Part shown: positions 1 to 41,461 of the stretch, piece by piece
Numbering within the stretch: the first letter of the stretch is position 1
How the letters are laid out: the number at the start of each line of letters is the position of its first letter
DNA from: Callorhinchus milii
Lineage: Eukaryota
DNA length: 64,000 nucleotides
Direction of reading: 5' to 3'
Assembly: GCF_018977255.1 (NCBI RefSeq)
Contig: NW_024704742.1
Coordinates: forward strand, 14,882,001-14,946,000
Notes under the pieces: model-generated
Told to the model about the DNA's origin: nothing
Database searches by the model: none
Seen by the model: the letters and a program-made list of their open reading frames with translations, nothing else
Position numbers and translations under genes: made by a program

Positions 1-173
1 CAATGATTCTTAAGTGATGCAGGTCAATTCTTCATTCAATGTAACTTTTGTACTTTTACGTTAATCTGTGGAGTTTGTTTAGAATCTCTCAGATCTGACG
101 TGGATAAACTTCTTTTACGCTACACCCATCCACAGTTCGATTTTTTTTTATTGATGCAGTTCTGTCCTATCAG

Positions 174-28132
<27,959 letters not shown>

Positions 28133-31100
28133 TATTTGGTCAATAATTTTGGACATTTTAGATGACATTGGAGCTGTCTCATGTTCACATTTTTATACTT
28201 CCATAAAGCAAGAACAATTAGCTCCAAGCTGATAGAGGTTTTATCTAGGTTGACATTTTCTGTGTGCAGTTTACTAATTGTTTCACATTCACACTCCGTA
28301 AAACAAACCTTTCAAATTGTATCTGCTGTTTCCTAATGGCAGAAACAGAATAATGAGGCCCATCTCCATAAAGAATCCAATGGCTTCTCATTCACCCCAT
28401 TTTTTTTGTAGTAAGACATGATATTTATGTGCATTTAAAAATACAATGTGGAGGTCAAATGTAAATACAATGGTCATTAATTATTCTACAATATTCACTG
28501 TAATAAGTGTTTCAGTATTTTCTGACTAATTCTTAGTCCTGCAAGTACTGTTCTATATCATAACATCTTCTGTTATGGGATTTGACGATTAAGCCATGAC
28601 TGCATGTTGTTGTGCAGTCCCTGTGGAGACATCTTTATTGCACAACCCAGGTATGCCAATGTTCTTGCACACACGCTATCAGAGTGAAAAGAAGCTGTAG
28701 CGTGAACTGAAATGTATGTTTTGCCTGGACACAAGCGGACTGCCTTTTCAGTCCCTTCACGCTTTAGGAAAAAATCAGGATTACAATACTTCCATGTGAC
28801 ATTGAGATTTATTCTTCAAAAAAAATCAATTCTTCCTCAAATAAAGTCTGGTGTGCAATATTCTTGCCCAATAAGCAAGCATTGCTGCCTCATCTAATTA
28901 AGAGACTTTGTCACATTTATCACAATTTTTCTTCACAAAGAACAACCAGTTTGAAATTTCAAAGTCTTTGTTTCTTCAGTGCACAGTTGATAGCAATATA
29001 AATCAGGAACAACACACTCCAAAACTACTTATTTTAGTGTTTGTATTTTGTAAACGGTGGCCAGTGAGCTTGCCTGAGTTATTTTTGCACAAGCCGAATT
29101 CTAATCATTGTAACTAGATGTACATGCTGGTATGGTCAAGGTGACCTTCGTAATAGCTTCTGCTTTGCCAAGGTCTTTCCATAGTGTGCCATTATCTTTG
29201 CATGCAGAGTATGTTTTAGAAAGTTAGATTATCCCTATGTTGTCGGATTGTTTAAAATTCCACAAATCAAAAGAGTTGGCCCAGATTATCTACAGGGAAC
29301 ATCATAAATGCTTATTCTCTTTGGGACATTGGTGATGTTTGGAACAGTGTTTGTGTAACCTTCTAACTTGCACCTCATAACTGCTTCCTCCAGTATGCAC
29401 AGAAATAGTTTCCCTGAAGAGATGAAATATAATCATTTGCAAGAATCTTAACAGTAACTAAGCGCAGATTTCCGCAAAAGGACCTGGGGTGGCAAGAGGC
29501 AAATTGGATCCGAGTTTGGCCAGTTCATTTGAGAGGTTACCAAGTAGTAAATCTTAGTTTCAATTGAGGAACACTGAAGAAGGTCTGAGGAACCCTAGTG
29601 CAAATTAATCAAATAGCAGGGTTTAGATACAAATGAAACACTTGCAATGAGAGAGTACATCTGTAGATCAGCCCTAATTACCAACCCACCCCCCACCCTC
29701 ACACCCCCTAAAAATGTTGTGAACATTTATGGCTTACTCCAAGAACTTAAGTCTAACCCAAGATATATATTTTTTGTGAATTCCCCTATCCCCTTTCCTC
29801 TTCACAATTTGGACTGACCCCTGCCATACTTGGTGGATGTTGTAATGAAAAATATCAAGGTTGACTGCTAGAACATTGGGTACTATAGTACTGTGAGATA
29901 CTAACAAGTTAATGTATAACATGGGAATAGTCTTTATGGTTTTTACCCTGTTTGGCCCCCATGTCTATTTTCATGTGTGGTATTATGCCAAGATCTGCAA
30001 GTAACAGTGCTGTTGGCTTTTTGTGTTTCTTCATGTTTTATGTTGGTGAGTGAATTTTTTGTGTGTTTAAGTAGTAGCAATAACTAGCTGTGTTACATTG
30101 GGAGTTGCGGGTAAAAATGTCAGCCTGAAGGTTGAGACCAGAGACTCAGAATTCCACCTCGTCTTCATCTATCAAATAATTTTGCCCTAAAATTCAGTCT
30201 TAATTCTGTACGGTCTTAAATTTTAATTCAATGGTATTATAGACTAAAACGATGTGGAATTTCAGGCCTCAGATTCCTCATGTGAATTTCATTCCTCATT
30301 TGACGTTAATTGTTTAATCTGCTGTGGAGAAAACTCATTATTGACAAGTGAATCACTGTCTCTGTGTGAATCACATCCTTGTTTTTCTGATCTGTTACAG
30401 CTATCACTCCAGCTCACACAGCAAACACTGAATCCCTTTGGCCAGCACAGGCCTGATCTTGTTTTCAGATCAAATAGCTGTTTTCCACTGGTAAAATGTC
30501 AAATATATATATTATTTTATATATATATATTATATATATTATTTAACTCAAATAGCACCACAAGATACAAAGCTGTTTACCAGCATTGAAGTTATATGGT
30601 TCCTGTTAATAGTTTCAGGAACATCACAATTTTCTGCAGCATCAGTGTCAAGTCTTTCAGACGTATATTGTTGTTACAAATGGGTATAAAATAGATGTTG
30701 CTTGCGGGTTATTGCATTTTTTTACATATAGCATATTGTGACAGAATTTTGTTGATGTTAGATTTTAGATTTCAACCTGTTGGCACACTGTCCTCTCATC
30801 CTCTGGTATCTGGGTTTTGAATCCTGCCCAGATTGATGGGATGAATGTCTCCTTGGTTATATATCCTGTGTGAAATATGTTTGGGTAGTGTCAACTCAAT
30901 CCCCAGTGGGTGTTGTCCCATTCAGAACTGTTACTAATTTTATTCTAAAAGAGGAATCTCACTCATTTTATAAGGTTCCCTGATGTGGGAAAGTAAATTG
31001 TTGCCTAGTGGAGTGGATGAATGCTCTTCTGATAAATAGGACTGAAACATGTTATTGGGAGCTTAATTCTGTAGTTTCTTTATCACCTCTGATCTGGGAG

Positions 31101-32600
31101 GGTTTGAGTCACTGGATAACTGAAATGGGGATGTTCTGTTTTCCACAATAACATCTCTCAGCTGGAATACAAAAAAAACACCCTAAAACTTTGCTAAAAA
31201 TAGTAATTTAATATGTGTGAAATAATTTAGTGACCTGTAGTGTATGTTGACGTGAGACTTGATTTAAAAAATACACTTGAGACACTATGAGATTTGTATT
31301 TCTGGAACAAAACTATATCTGGAAAGTTTCTAAGATATGGTTCTTTCCATTTCGGGAAGGAGATGCCTAACTTACTATAACCAGTGAGACTTTGTGACTA
31401 CTATCCTCCTCAGCTATACCCCTCCTTCTTCACATGTGGCTCATCTCTGTTGACCTTCCAGTTGTTACATTAGTCACTTACTACTCTCCAGAGTCAGACA
31501 GAAACCAGCTCCATAACTTTACAGAGCATTATTGTGGAGATGGTATCTGAACCAGAGACCCAAATGTATGAAATGTCTTCAAATCACACGAGGAAGACAA
31601 CTTTACTTAGTCTCAAATGCAGTCAGGAACTGAGGCAACATTTTGGGAAATGAGGGCCAGAACACAAGCTCATTCCAGAGGAGATTGTCAACCAATGTAA
31701 TTAATGGATCCAATACCAAGATTTGGATGGGAACAATATCAGAGATGCCTTTTCTGGTTTTGCACTTAGTTTCAGTACTGCTTCTGGACATAAGATGTCA
31801 CTAGGTCTTAGAATTATTTATAAAGTGCACGAATGGCATGTAATATTTTCATAAGGATACAGCACAAGCTTGTGAATATTTATATTTCTGTTCTGATGAT
31901 TTTCTCTCACAGTCATTTTGACTTACCTGTAGATCAATATAGTCACGATTAATAATGTGCTTTAGAATGAATTTCTAAAGACGGGTTGATAAAAAACATG
32001 CATCATGTATAGTAGGCAAGGTGGAGTGCCAGTCAGGCCTAATCTGAAACCTCAGTGATGTGAAATGTGTGCCACAACATCTTCTTAACAGGTTGTGTGA
32101 ACACCTGATTAATTTTGATATAACGATAGCAAGTATGTTCCAACTGTTGAAGTCACAAGGATATGATTTTCCAACCATTGATACTTTTACCTACCATGGT
32201 TAACTTACAATAACATAAATCCAATGTATTTTCATGCTGACAAAAAAAAACAACCATCAAAAAGAAAGGTGCAATCACAAAAGAAGTTCCGCAAGTTTAC
32301 CAAAGATCAAAGATTCCCTTCCCCCACACGTACGCACGCACTCACGCACACACACCTAAACCACCCTCCCCTCGATGATTCATTTTTTAAATTAGCTGGA
32401 TTGTGTTTGCACATCTCTGATTAATCTCCTGAGATACCTGATAATCACAACAATTACAGCAGCTAGTTTTCTTGAAACAGCACTGTTATGTGTGTTTTAG
32501 ACTTCATTGGCTTGTGTGCTCTTTTTCTAATATGTAGTTACATGGTTCTGTTGGAAAGACATCACATGTACAATAAAGGTTCCAAAGGCATTCAATACAG
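28133..32600 (+). other. PDE5A: Putative long PDE5A 3' UTR ending near AATAAA at 32572-32577
   Basis: About 4.4 kb AT-rich stretch lacking the young SINE/LINE copies seen elsewhere, with AATAAA at 32572 and repeats resuming at about 32810. A more proximal AATAAA near 28840 is also possible. Confidence 0.45.
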
Positions 32601-34239
32601 ATACCGCTGTTATTCTATTTCTTTCCTTTGATCCTTCTCACATTTGGTTTATAGCATTTGGAAAGGTTTCCCTTGTGGGTGAACATTTGAAGCCTTAGGT
32701 TGTCCAGAGATTGAGGTACCTGTCTCTGGCTACTGAATGGTTCTGTATGCTTTTGGCTCAAGCGGCCGCTATGACTGTAATAAAATGCCTTAAACATCAC
32801 AAAAATAACAATAATAATGCTTATGTTCAGTATTGTGCCTTTCACGGGAGGATATCTCAAAGCGTTTCACAGGATATACTGTAAAGTGGAGTGACTGTGT
32901 ATTGTGGGTGAACGATGGGTAAATTATTGTGAAATATAACTTTATATTGTTTCTTGCTACTAAAGTAAATGCAAGAAACAATTTAAAACTAAAATAGTTT
33001 TAAATGTTTCATACGGTCGCATTGACATCTTTTTTCCCCTCTGTGTTCTCCAGCGTTCCTGGCAGCACAGCTATTTTCTGCACTCTGCCAGTCCAGCTCA
33101 CTTCATGTTTCCCCATTCCAATGCCCCACCATCAGTGAGTGAGCTTTCAGCCACTTTGCCCTGACTCCCTGGAACGCTCTTCCTACATCCCTCCACATCC
33201 CTCCCTCCCTCCCTGCCTGGCTGAAACCGCCCTGTTCTTCCCTATCCCACCCCCTATCTTCCACCCTTCCCTCTCTGTGGAGCGCTTTGAGACATTTTCC
33301 TGCTCTACGGGTGCTATATAAGTGAAATTGTTCTTTTTATTTAGCTATTTTTACTACTTTGTATCCCTCTTGATGTTATCAAAACACCTCAAAGCATTTC
33401 ACTGCAGTAAAGTAAGATGATTGCATACTTGGAAGCAATTGCGACAGCCAGTTTGCACCAATGTCCCACAAACAGCCATGAATTAAATGACCAATTTTAT
33501 TGGGGGATTCTTTTCAGGACAATGGGAGAAACTCCCTTCTCTTTTCAAATGCTGTAGGATCTTTAATATCCGCGTGAACAGGCAGACGGGACTGAATCTC
33601 TAATGGAGTGCTGGGGGAGACGCCATCTTTTCTTTGGATGAGATGTAAAACCGAGATCCCGTTAATGGACACCTAGGAGTGTTTAAATGACAGCAATGAC
33701 ATTGAGGGGGCTTAGGTGATATTGGAATCTGCGAGATTATAGCTAGAGTGATTTAAAATTGTCATCTGAATCCTGCGGTTACTGACCTGACATCATTCCA
33801 GGAGATTTGTTGTTCTCATAACATATACATTTGTGTGCTGATTATCTTCTCCTTCAGGTTTGTGCCATCAGCAGCTGTCAGTGTTTATCCACTGTAAGTT
33901 CACACCATCCTGCTGCTCATATCTAGTGACAGTCACACTGAAGGATTTGTGATCCTGTCATTGTTGCTGCAAATCTATGGAGAAATCAGCTGCAGCCTCA
34001 GAGGAAATTGTATTGCAGAATAACAACAACAATGAACCGCATTTGTATAGCATCTTTCGTGCTGGGAGGATGTCCCAAGGCGCGGGACAGTTGAGGGTTT
34101 TCACCTGAGCTGGGGAGGTTAGATTCGGGATGGGTGGAGTCTAATGGGGGTGGGGATGGCAATGTAACCAAAGGTGCGGTCAAAAGGATGGTCTTTAGAT
34201 GGACCTTGACGGAGGGGAGGGAAGTTATTATGCTGCTAA

Positions 34240-34390
34240 TTGACTAACAACTGGGTTCCCACTTACTGCTAGGTAAACAGAGTCGTGCATCGAGTAAGGA
34301 AACTTGCCTAAGGTTTCACCCTGCCCAGGAATCGAACCCGGTCCTCTCGCTTGTGAGGCGAGTGCTCTAAACAATTCACTACAGGACTCC
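34240..34390 (-). mobile_element. SINE head fragment (longer subfamily)
   Basis: tRNA-like head plus the CTGTTTACCTAGCAGTAAGT segment on -. Confidence 0.75.
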
Positions 34391-35933
34391 AAATGCAGTC
34401 AAAGTGGATTAGAATAGATAGCTCCAGTTAGGGAAGAAACACCAGCACAGATGCAATGGGCTCAATCATCTCCATTTGTGCTGCAAACTTTCTCAGATTT
34501 TATGACTGCAGTGGTATATGGAGTTAAGGACTTTGAGGTTGTGAAGACCAAAACAATCACTCAGTGTTGGCGTACTGGAGGATCTGAAACCCCATCTGTA
34601 CAAAATACATTAATGAATAAGTCTAGCACAAGGGTTCTCTTATCTGCCGTGAAATAGAGGGTAGAGTAACTGAAACATTTAACAGACAGTATTTTGTTGG
34701 CCAATACAATGATTCAATAACACAAACACATGAAAAGGCATTTTAATAGGACCAAGCCACAGAAAATGCTATCCAGGCATTTTAATTGTAATTTGTGACT
34801 TGAATAATTTTACTTCAGTACCAATAATACTAATGAATATAATACTAATACTTGCATCAGTACTAATACCTCACCTACAAGTGCTAGACTTGCATAAGAA
34901 TGTAGGAAACTAGAAACAGGAAAAAGCTATTCAGTCTATTGACATTGTATCACTAAAAGACCAATGCATAACCTAAATACATTGTTCTGCTCTAGACCAA
35001 CCTCCCCTCCTTCTCACCACACTTTTTTATATTTCTATTCTCCAAGTATCTTTCCATCTCTATCTTAAATCATTTGACCAATTTCTCAAATATGTGCTGA
35101 AGAGAATGGTGATTACACATTCATCACCCAAAAAAATTCAGCAGTTCAATCTTCTACGCTATTTTCCCATTTTTAAATCTTGGGTAGCCCAGTCAGTCAA
35201 TTTGGAAGTAGAAGGTTTGCTCAAATCCCAATGGGTCCACTCAGCCCTTCACATTTTCTGCAGTCAAATTAATAAATGGCACCTCTAAAAACATATTCTC
35301 CTAGAGCTGGGCGATGGATGAGGTAAGCAGAAGTATCTCTGTGTTTCAATTGACCCCGAGGTGATATGCAGTAACCCAAGACACCATTGAAACCTGGCTA
35401 GCCTGTCTGGCTCTTGAATGAGACTTGGAGATGCAGACATACTATAATGCTACTTGCTGCACTCAGTACGTGTCCAGTACTTATTTTGATTACATGTACA
35501 AAATATGTAAAAGAAAAAGAATCAGTTATTTATTTCATTGTAAACAGTTTGCAAAAAAAAGCAATGATGGCACCAACTAATGCTTCAACTAATAGTTTCC
35601 TTTGGTATAAAATTCAATGTTTTCCCACTGCTTTTGATCTTTTTCTTTATTAAAAAGGATACAGGTGCTCAAATACTTGGTCTAACCATGGTATTATAAC
35701 GCAAATTCATTTACTGTGACATTGGGACCACCTACCCACTGTGGTTGTCAGCAACAACAAACTTACGTAGTGCTTATATGAGTCATATACAGACAGAACA
35801 TCCACCTGGGTGAATATTTACTATTTTAACCTAACATTTCAGTGTCCAGAATTTATCAAAGTCTTAAACCCTATCTTTAATTTGAACCTTTTAAGAATGA
35901 GAGAAAACAGGCTTCCAAGTTAAAACTGAATTT

Positions 35934-36255
35934 ATAATAATAATAATCCTTGCATTTGATATAGCGCTTTTCACGTCGAGAGGACGTCCCAAAGCGCTTC
36001 ACAGAATATACTGTAAAGTGAATTGACTGTATATTTGTGGGCGAACGCGGCAGCCAATTGCGCACAGCAATGTCCCACAAACAGTCGTGGATTGAAAATG
36101 ACCAATTTTTACTATTGTTTTTGGTTTTGGAGGGATTATTATTAGGCTCTGTGTGGAGTAAGGAAACTTGCCCAAGGTTTCGCCCTCTGCCTGGAATTGA
36201 ACTCAGGTCTCTCGCTTGCAAAGCGAGTGCTCTAACCACTGAGCTACAGGACTCC
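35934..36255 (-). mobile_element. Same SINE, full length
   Basis: Reverse-complement match to 52211-52536. Confidence 0.9.
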
Positions 36256-36406
36256 ACAATTTGACAAATTCTGCAGCCTCTGAAAAGCTACAATAGACTA
36301 AACATGAAACCCAAGTGGAATTTCTACCCACCAGTGTCTTTTACGTAAGAAAATGAAGCTTGTCCAGCCAGCAAATATATGTTTACTGTAGGTTGTATTT
36401 AAAAGT

Positions 36407-36772
36407 GAGTCATGTAGCTTAGTGATTAGACCACTCGTGTCGCAAGTGAGGGGACCTGGATTCGATTCCCGAGCAGGGCGAAACGTTGAGCAAGTTTCCT
36501 TACTCCACAAGTCTGTTTACCTAGCAGTAAGTAGGAACTCACTTGTTAGTTGATTGGCGGATTGCTTTTCTGGGGGTAATAATCCCTTCAAAAAGAATAA
36601 TAATTTGGTCACTCAATCCATGATTGTTTGTGGGACACTGCTGTGCACAATTGGCTGCTGCGTTTCACCCAAAATATACAGTCAATTAATTAACTTTACA
36701 GTATATTCTGTGAAGTGTTTTGAGACATCTTGAAGAAGTGATAAGGCGCTATATCAAATCAAGGATTATTAT
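36407..36772 (+). mobile_element. Longer, more diverged subfamily of the same SINE
   Basis: Same head, core and tail plus an extra CTGTTTACCTAGCAGTAAGTAGGAAC segment. Confidence 0.85.
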
Positions 36773-37464
36773 AATAATAATCATTTGAATTATTACCTCG
36801 AAGGCCAAAAGACATAGCAATTTGTCCGTTAATTCATTTTCTCATTCATTATATTCTCTGAATATAATGCTGAGTTTAATTTAAGGGAGTAGTTTCCTAT
36901 TAAATAAAAGGGGGGAGGGTACTTAAATGTAAGGCTTTTGCAGGGAAGTAATCAGTAGCACATAAATAACTGGGAAGACATTCATCTTAACAAGCTGCTT
37001 TCCTGAGCAACGTTTTAGGATATGGAACGATTACTTTCTGGCGTCTTGGATAGATTTCAGGAATGATTGAAACTGAATAGCTTAATTGCTGGAATGATAT
37101 ATAAGGAATCATGAATCCTTGAGATCCAGAGCATATCTTAAAAATGTATCAAAATATATTTATATCAGTGGATCTGTGAAAATATCTGCAGCAACAAAAC
37201 CATTGACTGTTTTGCTTTATATCCTGAGTGACTGCCAATTTCAGAAAGATTCACAAGATTTTGGAGAGATCAGAAAACCTAGACAGCTACAAGCCAAATA
37301 TCACCTGAATGCAGCTATCCCATTCTTCTACCCCCACATTAAATATTTCTATACTTTGGCCCTTCAGATGATGAGCGACAGTCCTATGACTGTACAGAAA
37401 AACAGAAGTAAACAGTTGTTACGTTTTTGAGTGAGAAGCACGATTCCAATTGATTTACGTTGCA

Positions 37465-38083
37465 ATAACAACAACAACAACAACAAGATTCCATTTATAA
37501 AGCGCCTTTCACGTCAGGAGGACGTCCCAAGGCGCTGCACAGTTGGGTCATGACCCGAGCAGGGGGGAAATGGTCAGGGTGAGGGGAGGGATGGGAGGGA
37601 GCGAGAAGGGGGAAGAGAGTCGAGAGGGGAGCTGAAGGCTCGGTCAAAGAGAAAGGTCTTGAGACCGGCCTTGAAGGAGGAAAGGGAGGAGGCGGCGAAG
37701 GCACTGGGGGATAGAGTTCCAGAGCCTCGGGGCTGAGAGGCTGAAGGCCCGACCACCAATGGTAGGGCGATTGGGGCGGGGGACGTGGAGCAGACCGGAG
37801 CCGGAGGAACGGAGGGTACGGGCAGGTAGGTAGGGGGATAGTAGGTTGGAGAGGTAGGAGGGAGCAAGGCTGTGAATGGCCTTGTAGGTGAGGGTGAGGA
37901 TCTTGAATTCGATCCTCTGGGGGATGGGGAGCCAGTGGAGGCGAGCGAGGGTGGGAGTGATGTGGTCCCGAAGCCTGGTGCGGGACAGTACACGAGCTGC
38001 AGAGTTCTGAATGACCTGCAGCTTGTGGAGGGAGGAGGCGGGAAGGCCGGCGAGGAGAGTGTTCCCATAGTCCAGCCTTGACT
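37465..38083 (-). mobile_element. L2 LINE 3' fragment (young)
   Basis: ORF 37644-38093 SRLDYGNTLLAGLPASSLHKLQVIQNSAARVL...LHWLPIPQRIEFKIL...GGRAFSLSAPRLWNSIP; stem-loop tail and (GTT)n. Confidence 0.92.
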
Positions 38084-38549
38084 TAACTTGCATTTATATA
38101 GCGTCTTTTATGCAGGGAAGTGTCTCAGAGTGCTTAACAGTGACAGAGGTTGACGTTGAGCCGGGGAGAGAAGGAGGTGCATGTTCGAAGAGGAAAGTCG
38201 ATCTGAAGACAGGCATGGAGGCGGCAAGGCAGAGGGATTGAAGCAGGGAGTTCCAGAGTTAAACATGACATTTGTGCCTAACAAGATCTTTTTCACATTC
38301 TCTCCAATGAAAAACATTTTCTGCCACTTCATGACCCAAATACTTTTCACCATCCAGAGAAGACCATAATGTTGCTTCTTTCCAAATATCTAATGGTTTT
38401 GAAGGTAAAAGTTTGACCATCCCACTCTTGATTGAAGAGTATTATGGAGCATTTAATCTACACCATCTGAGCCGTTCTCAATAGAGAGAAAAAAAACTTA
38501 ATTGTTTTTGTGTATAAACTGCCTGCAATAACAGGTACAGCACTTATGA

Positions 38550-39305
38550 CCAACAACAACAAGATTACATTTGTATAGCGCCTTTCAGTTCAGGAGGACG
38601 TCCCAAGGCGCTGGACAGAGTACAGCATTTCAGACCCGAGCTGGGGTGTGGGGGGGTAAGGGAGGGTAGGGGAAGGTGGGGTGGCCGATGACATGGTCGA
38701 AGAGGAGGGTCTTGAGGCGGGACTTGAAGGAGGCTAAGGAGGGAGTGAGGGGGAGTGATTGGGTGATGGAATTCCTGAGATTGGGGGCAGAGTGGCTGAA
38801 GGCTCTCCCGCCAATGGTGGGGCGGGTGGGTCGGGGGACGTGGAGCAGACCGGAGCCGGCTGAGCGGAGGGAGTGCGCGGGTTAGTAGGGGGTTAGGCGG
38901 TTGCAGAGATAGGGTGGGGCGAGGCCACGGAGGGCTTTCTATGTGAGGACCAGGATCTTGAACTGGATCCTCTGAAGGATAGGGAGCCAATGGAGTCGGG
39001 CGGGATTGAGGGAGATGGGGTCACGGAGTTTGGTGCGGGAGAGGACACGGGCTGCAGAGTTCTGGATTATCTGCAGCCTGTGGAGGGAGGAGTTGGGAAG
39101 GCCGACAAGCAGGGTGTTTGCATAGTCGAGCCTGGAGGTGATGAAGGCATGAACAAGAGTTCCAGCGGCCTGAAGGGTGAGGTAGTGGCGGAGTCGGGTG
39201 ATGTTATGGAGGTGAAGGAAGGCGGAACGCGTCATGGTTTGAATGTGGGGGAGAAAAGACAGTTGAGGGTCAAATAAGACACTGAGGTTCCTGACTGGTT
39301 TGACC
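38550..39305 (-). mobile_element. L2 LINE 3' fragment
   Basis: ORF 38939-39307 VRNLSVLFDPQLSF...SRLDYAN...QNSAAR...LHWLPI; (GTT)n tail. Confidence 0.9.
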
Positions 39306-39869
39306 AAAAAACACCAGCTAACTTAATTTGTAAAACAACAGAATTTCAACGCGTTTAACATAAGCAAAGGCTTCATTCAGAAGATGTCCTTTAAGCTTAG
39401 CTGCTGATTTCTTAATTTCCCACCATCTTAAAATGCAACGTTATCTCTTACAGCCATTACTCTTAACTTTTTTTCAAATTCTAACTTGGGAACATAGGCA
39501 CTTGGACAGTATTCACTTGGCTGTACTGAGATTCTGGCAAACCTTCTTTTGGTTCTTGAGGCAATGCTTCCCCCACATTGTTGTTTGATAGCATTGCAGG
39601 ATCTCAACCAGTCAATGATGAAGTAGCAGCAATATACATCCAAATCAGAATGGTATGGTGGCGTGGAAATGGTGACAGTTCTCTTGCTCTTTTGTATGGC
39701 AGAGCAGTAGGTGTTGGTGCATGGTTGGTGAGCTGTTGGACATACTATGACTGCAGTACAATAATCAATGTAGTCACAGTATGTCCATGGAGAAAGAGTG
39801 CACACGTTGAATTAAGTAGTTGGGTTGCTGATCAAGCAAACTGCTCTCTTCTGGACAACATCACATGAA

Positions 39870-40220
39870 AAATAATAATAACCTTGCATTTGATATAGCA
39901 CCTTATCACAACATTTAGATGTCTCAAAGCACTTCACAGAGTATAATGCAAAGTGAATTATATGTATATTTTGTGGGCAAAACGCAACAGCCAATTGCAT
40001 GCAGGAGTATCCATGACAGTCGTGGATTGAGTGACTAAATTATTATTATTTGTAAAGTGATTATCACTCACAGAAAAACAATCACTAATTGCCTGGCAAC
40101 TGTGTTCCAACTTACTGTTGGGTAAATGAAGCCGTGTGGAGTAAGGAAACTTGCCCAATGCTTTGCCCTGCCCGGGAATTGAACCCAGGTCCTCTCACTT
40201 ACGAGGTGAGTGCTCTAATC
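39870..40220 (-). mobile_element. Longer-subfamily SINE copy
   Basis: Tail, Deu core and most of the head on -. Confidence 0.8.
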
Positions 40221-40395
40221 AATACACACAAATGGAACTTTACTCCATAATTTCTAACAATATTAAGTGTCTTATTTCATTCAGCAAAGTACTTGATCAC
40301 TCCCTTATTTTGAATAGGTTCGATTGCTAGCCCATTTTTTCTATAGGCTTTGTTTTAACTCTGAAAAAAATAAGTCACAAAATCTTTGAAATATC

Positions 40396-40401
40396 TTTAT
40401 T
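40396..40401 (-). terminator. MAD2L1: Likely MAD2L1 polyadenylation signal (AATAAA)
   Basis: tttatt on + = AATAAA on -, about 880 nt past the stop, followed on - by a U/GU-rich tract (ttttgtgacttattttttt). Confidence 0.55.
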
Positions 40402-41279
40402 TTTTAAAAAAAATTCTTATATCCTACAATGACAAGATTTAATTTCAAAACAGTTTGAAAGAAAATAAAGGAATTTCAAGCTTCTGCAGCCCAGTTGTTG
40501 CTAAAATATTTTGATAAGTAATCTAAACCTAAAGCTGTTAAATTGTTTCTTTCCCACATTAGCTCTAATAAATATATTTAGCTGATCAGAATGGAGCTCA
40601 ATTTCACAGGCATGTTTATCTGCCCATTTTATTCTGCACTTTGGCACCAGTGTTGCACTGGTGACATACAACATGCAAGTGTCAAAATGTTCAGTACAAA
40701 TGCCAGTGCCAGCCCGATTCCAAGAACATTAATGTGAAATTATCTCGAAGAATTTTGGATCACTTTTGCTTCACAACAGTCTCAGTATAAACACAGCGAG
40801 TATAAAATCCACCTTTTACTTTCTTTAAGTTATAAAAGTAGCCTCCTGTGCTACCATTCTATTTTGATTGAAAAGAGCCAGATGTCCTAAGAGCTCTTTC
40901 CAACCAGCAGAACTGAATGTAGGTGGTCGGTAAATTGTGCCCTATGCTCTGCCACATTTCTTCTCCAAAAGCAGTCAAACAGAATCAGGATTAGTCAGCA
41001 GTATATATGTAAACATATACACATGTACAGGTACAACAGTATGCTTTTCCAAACTCTATCACAACACATTTTTTGAACATATGCCATGACAAACATTTTC
41101 CAACTATTCATTGGGAAAAGAAACAAAAATAAAAACTGATATCAAGGTATGAAACAAGGACAGGAGAAAATATAATCCAGACACTTTATAGACTTAGTCT
41201 TATAGGTATTGCAATGATCAAATGGCAGTAATTCAAATGCTTACAAGACAGTTTACTATACAAGAACAACATTGAACAC

Positions 41280-41461
41280 TTATGTCCCATTAGAGGAATC
41301 TATTTTTTTGTATGCAACCATACTGCTCACTTTGTGAATGGTGGTGGTGAAAGATCGAAGCCGGACTTCTTCTGAGTTGTTGATAAACTGTGGTCCCGAT
41401 TCTTCCCATTTCTCCGGCACCACCAAATCTTTGTCTGTGTAGATCAAAAGATCAAAAGAAC
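41280..41461 (-). CDS. MAD2L1: MAD2L1 coding exon 5
   Basis: ttcag|GT TCT...[62 protein letters not shown]. Confidence 0.94.

Noticed and set aside
35877..36264. Recurrent similar ORFs (MESCSSVVRALAL..., MGKFPYST...) at several loci suggesting a gene family
   Set aside because: All are translations of the same SINE family.
39428..39805. 125-aa Cys-rich ORF on the - strand downstream of MAD2L1
   Set aside because: No recognisable domain or cysteine spacing, no ATG start and no clear splice context; compatible with chance.
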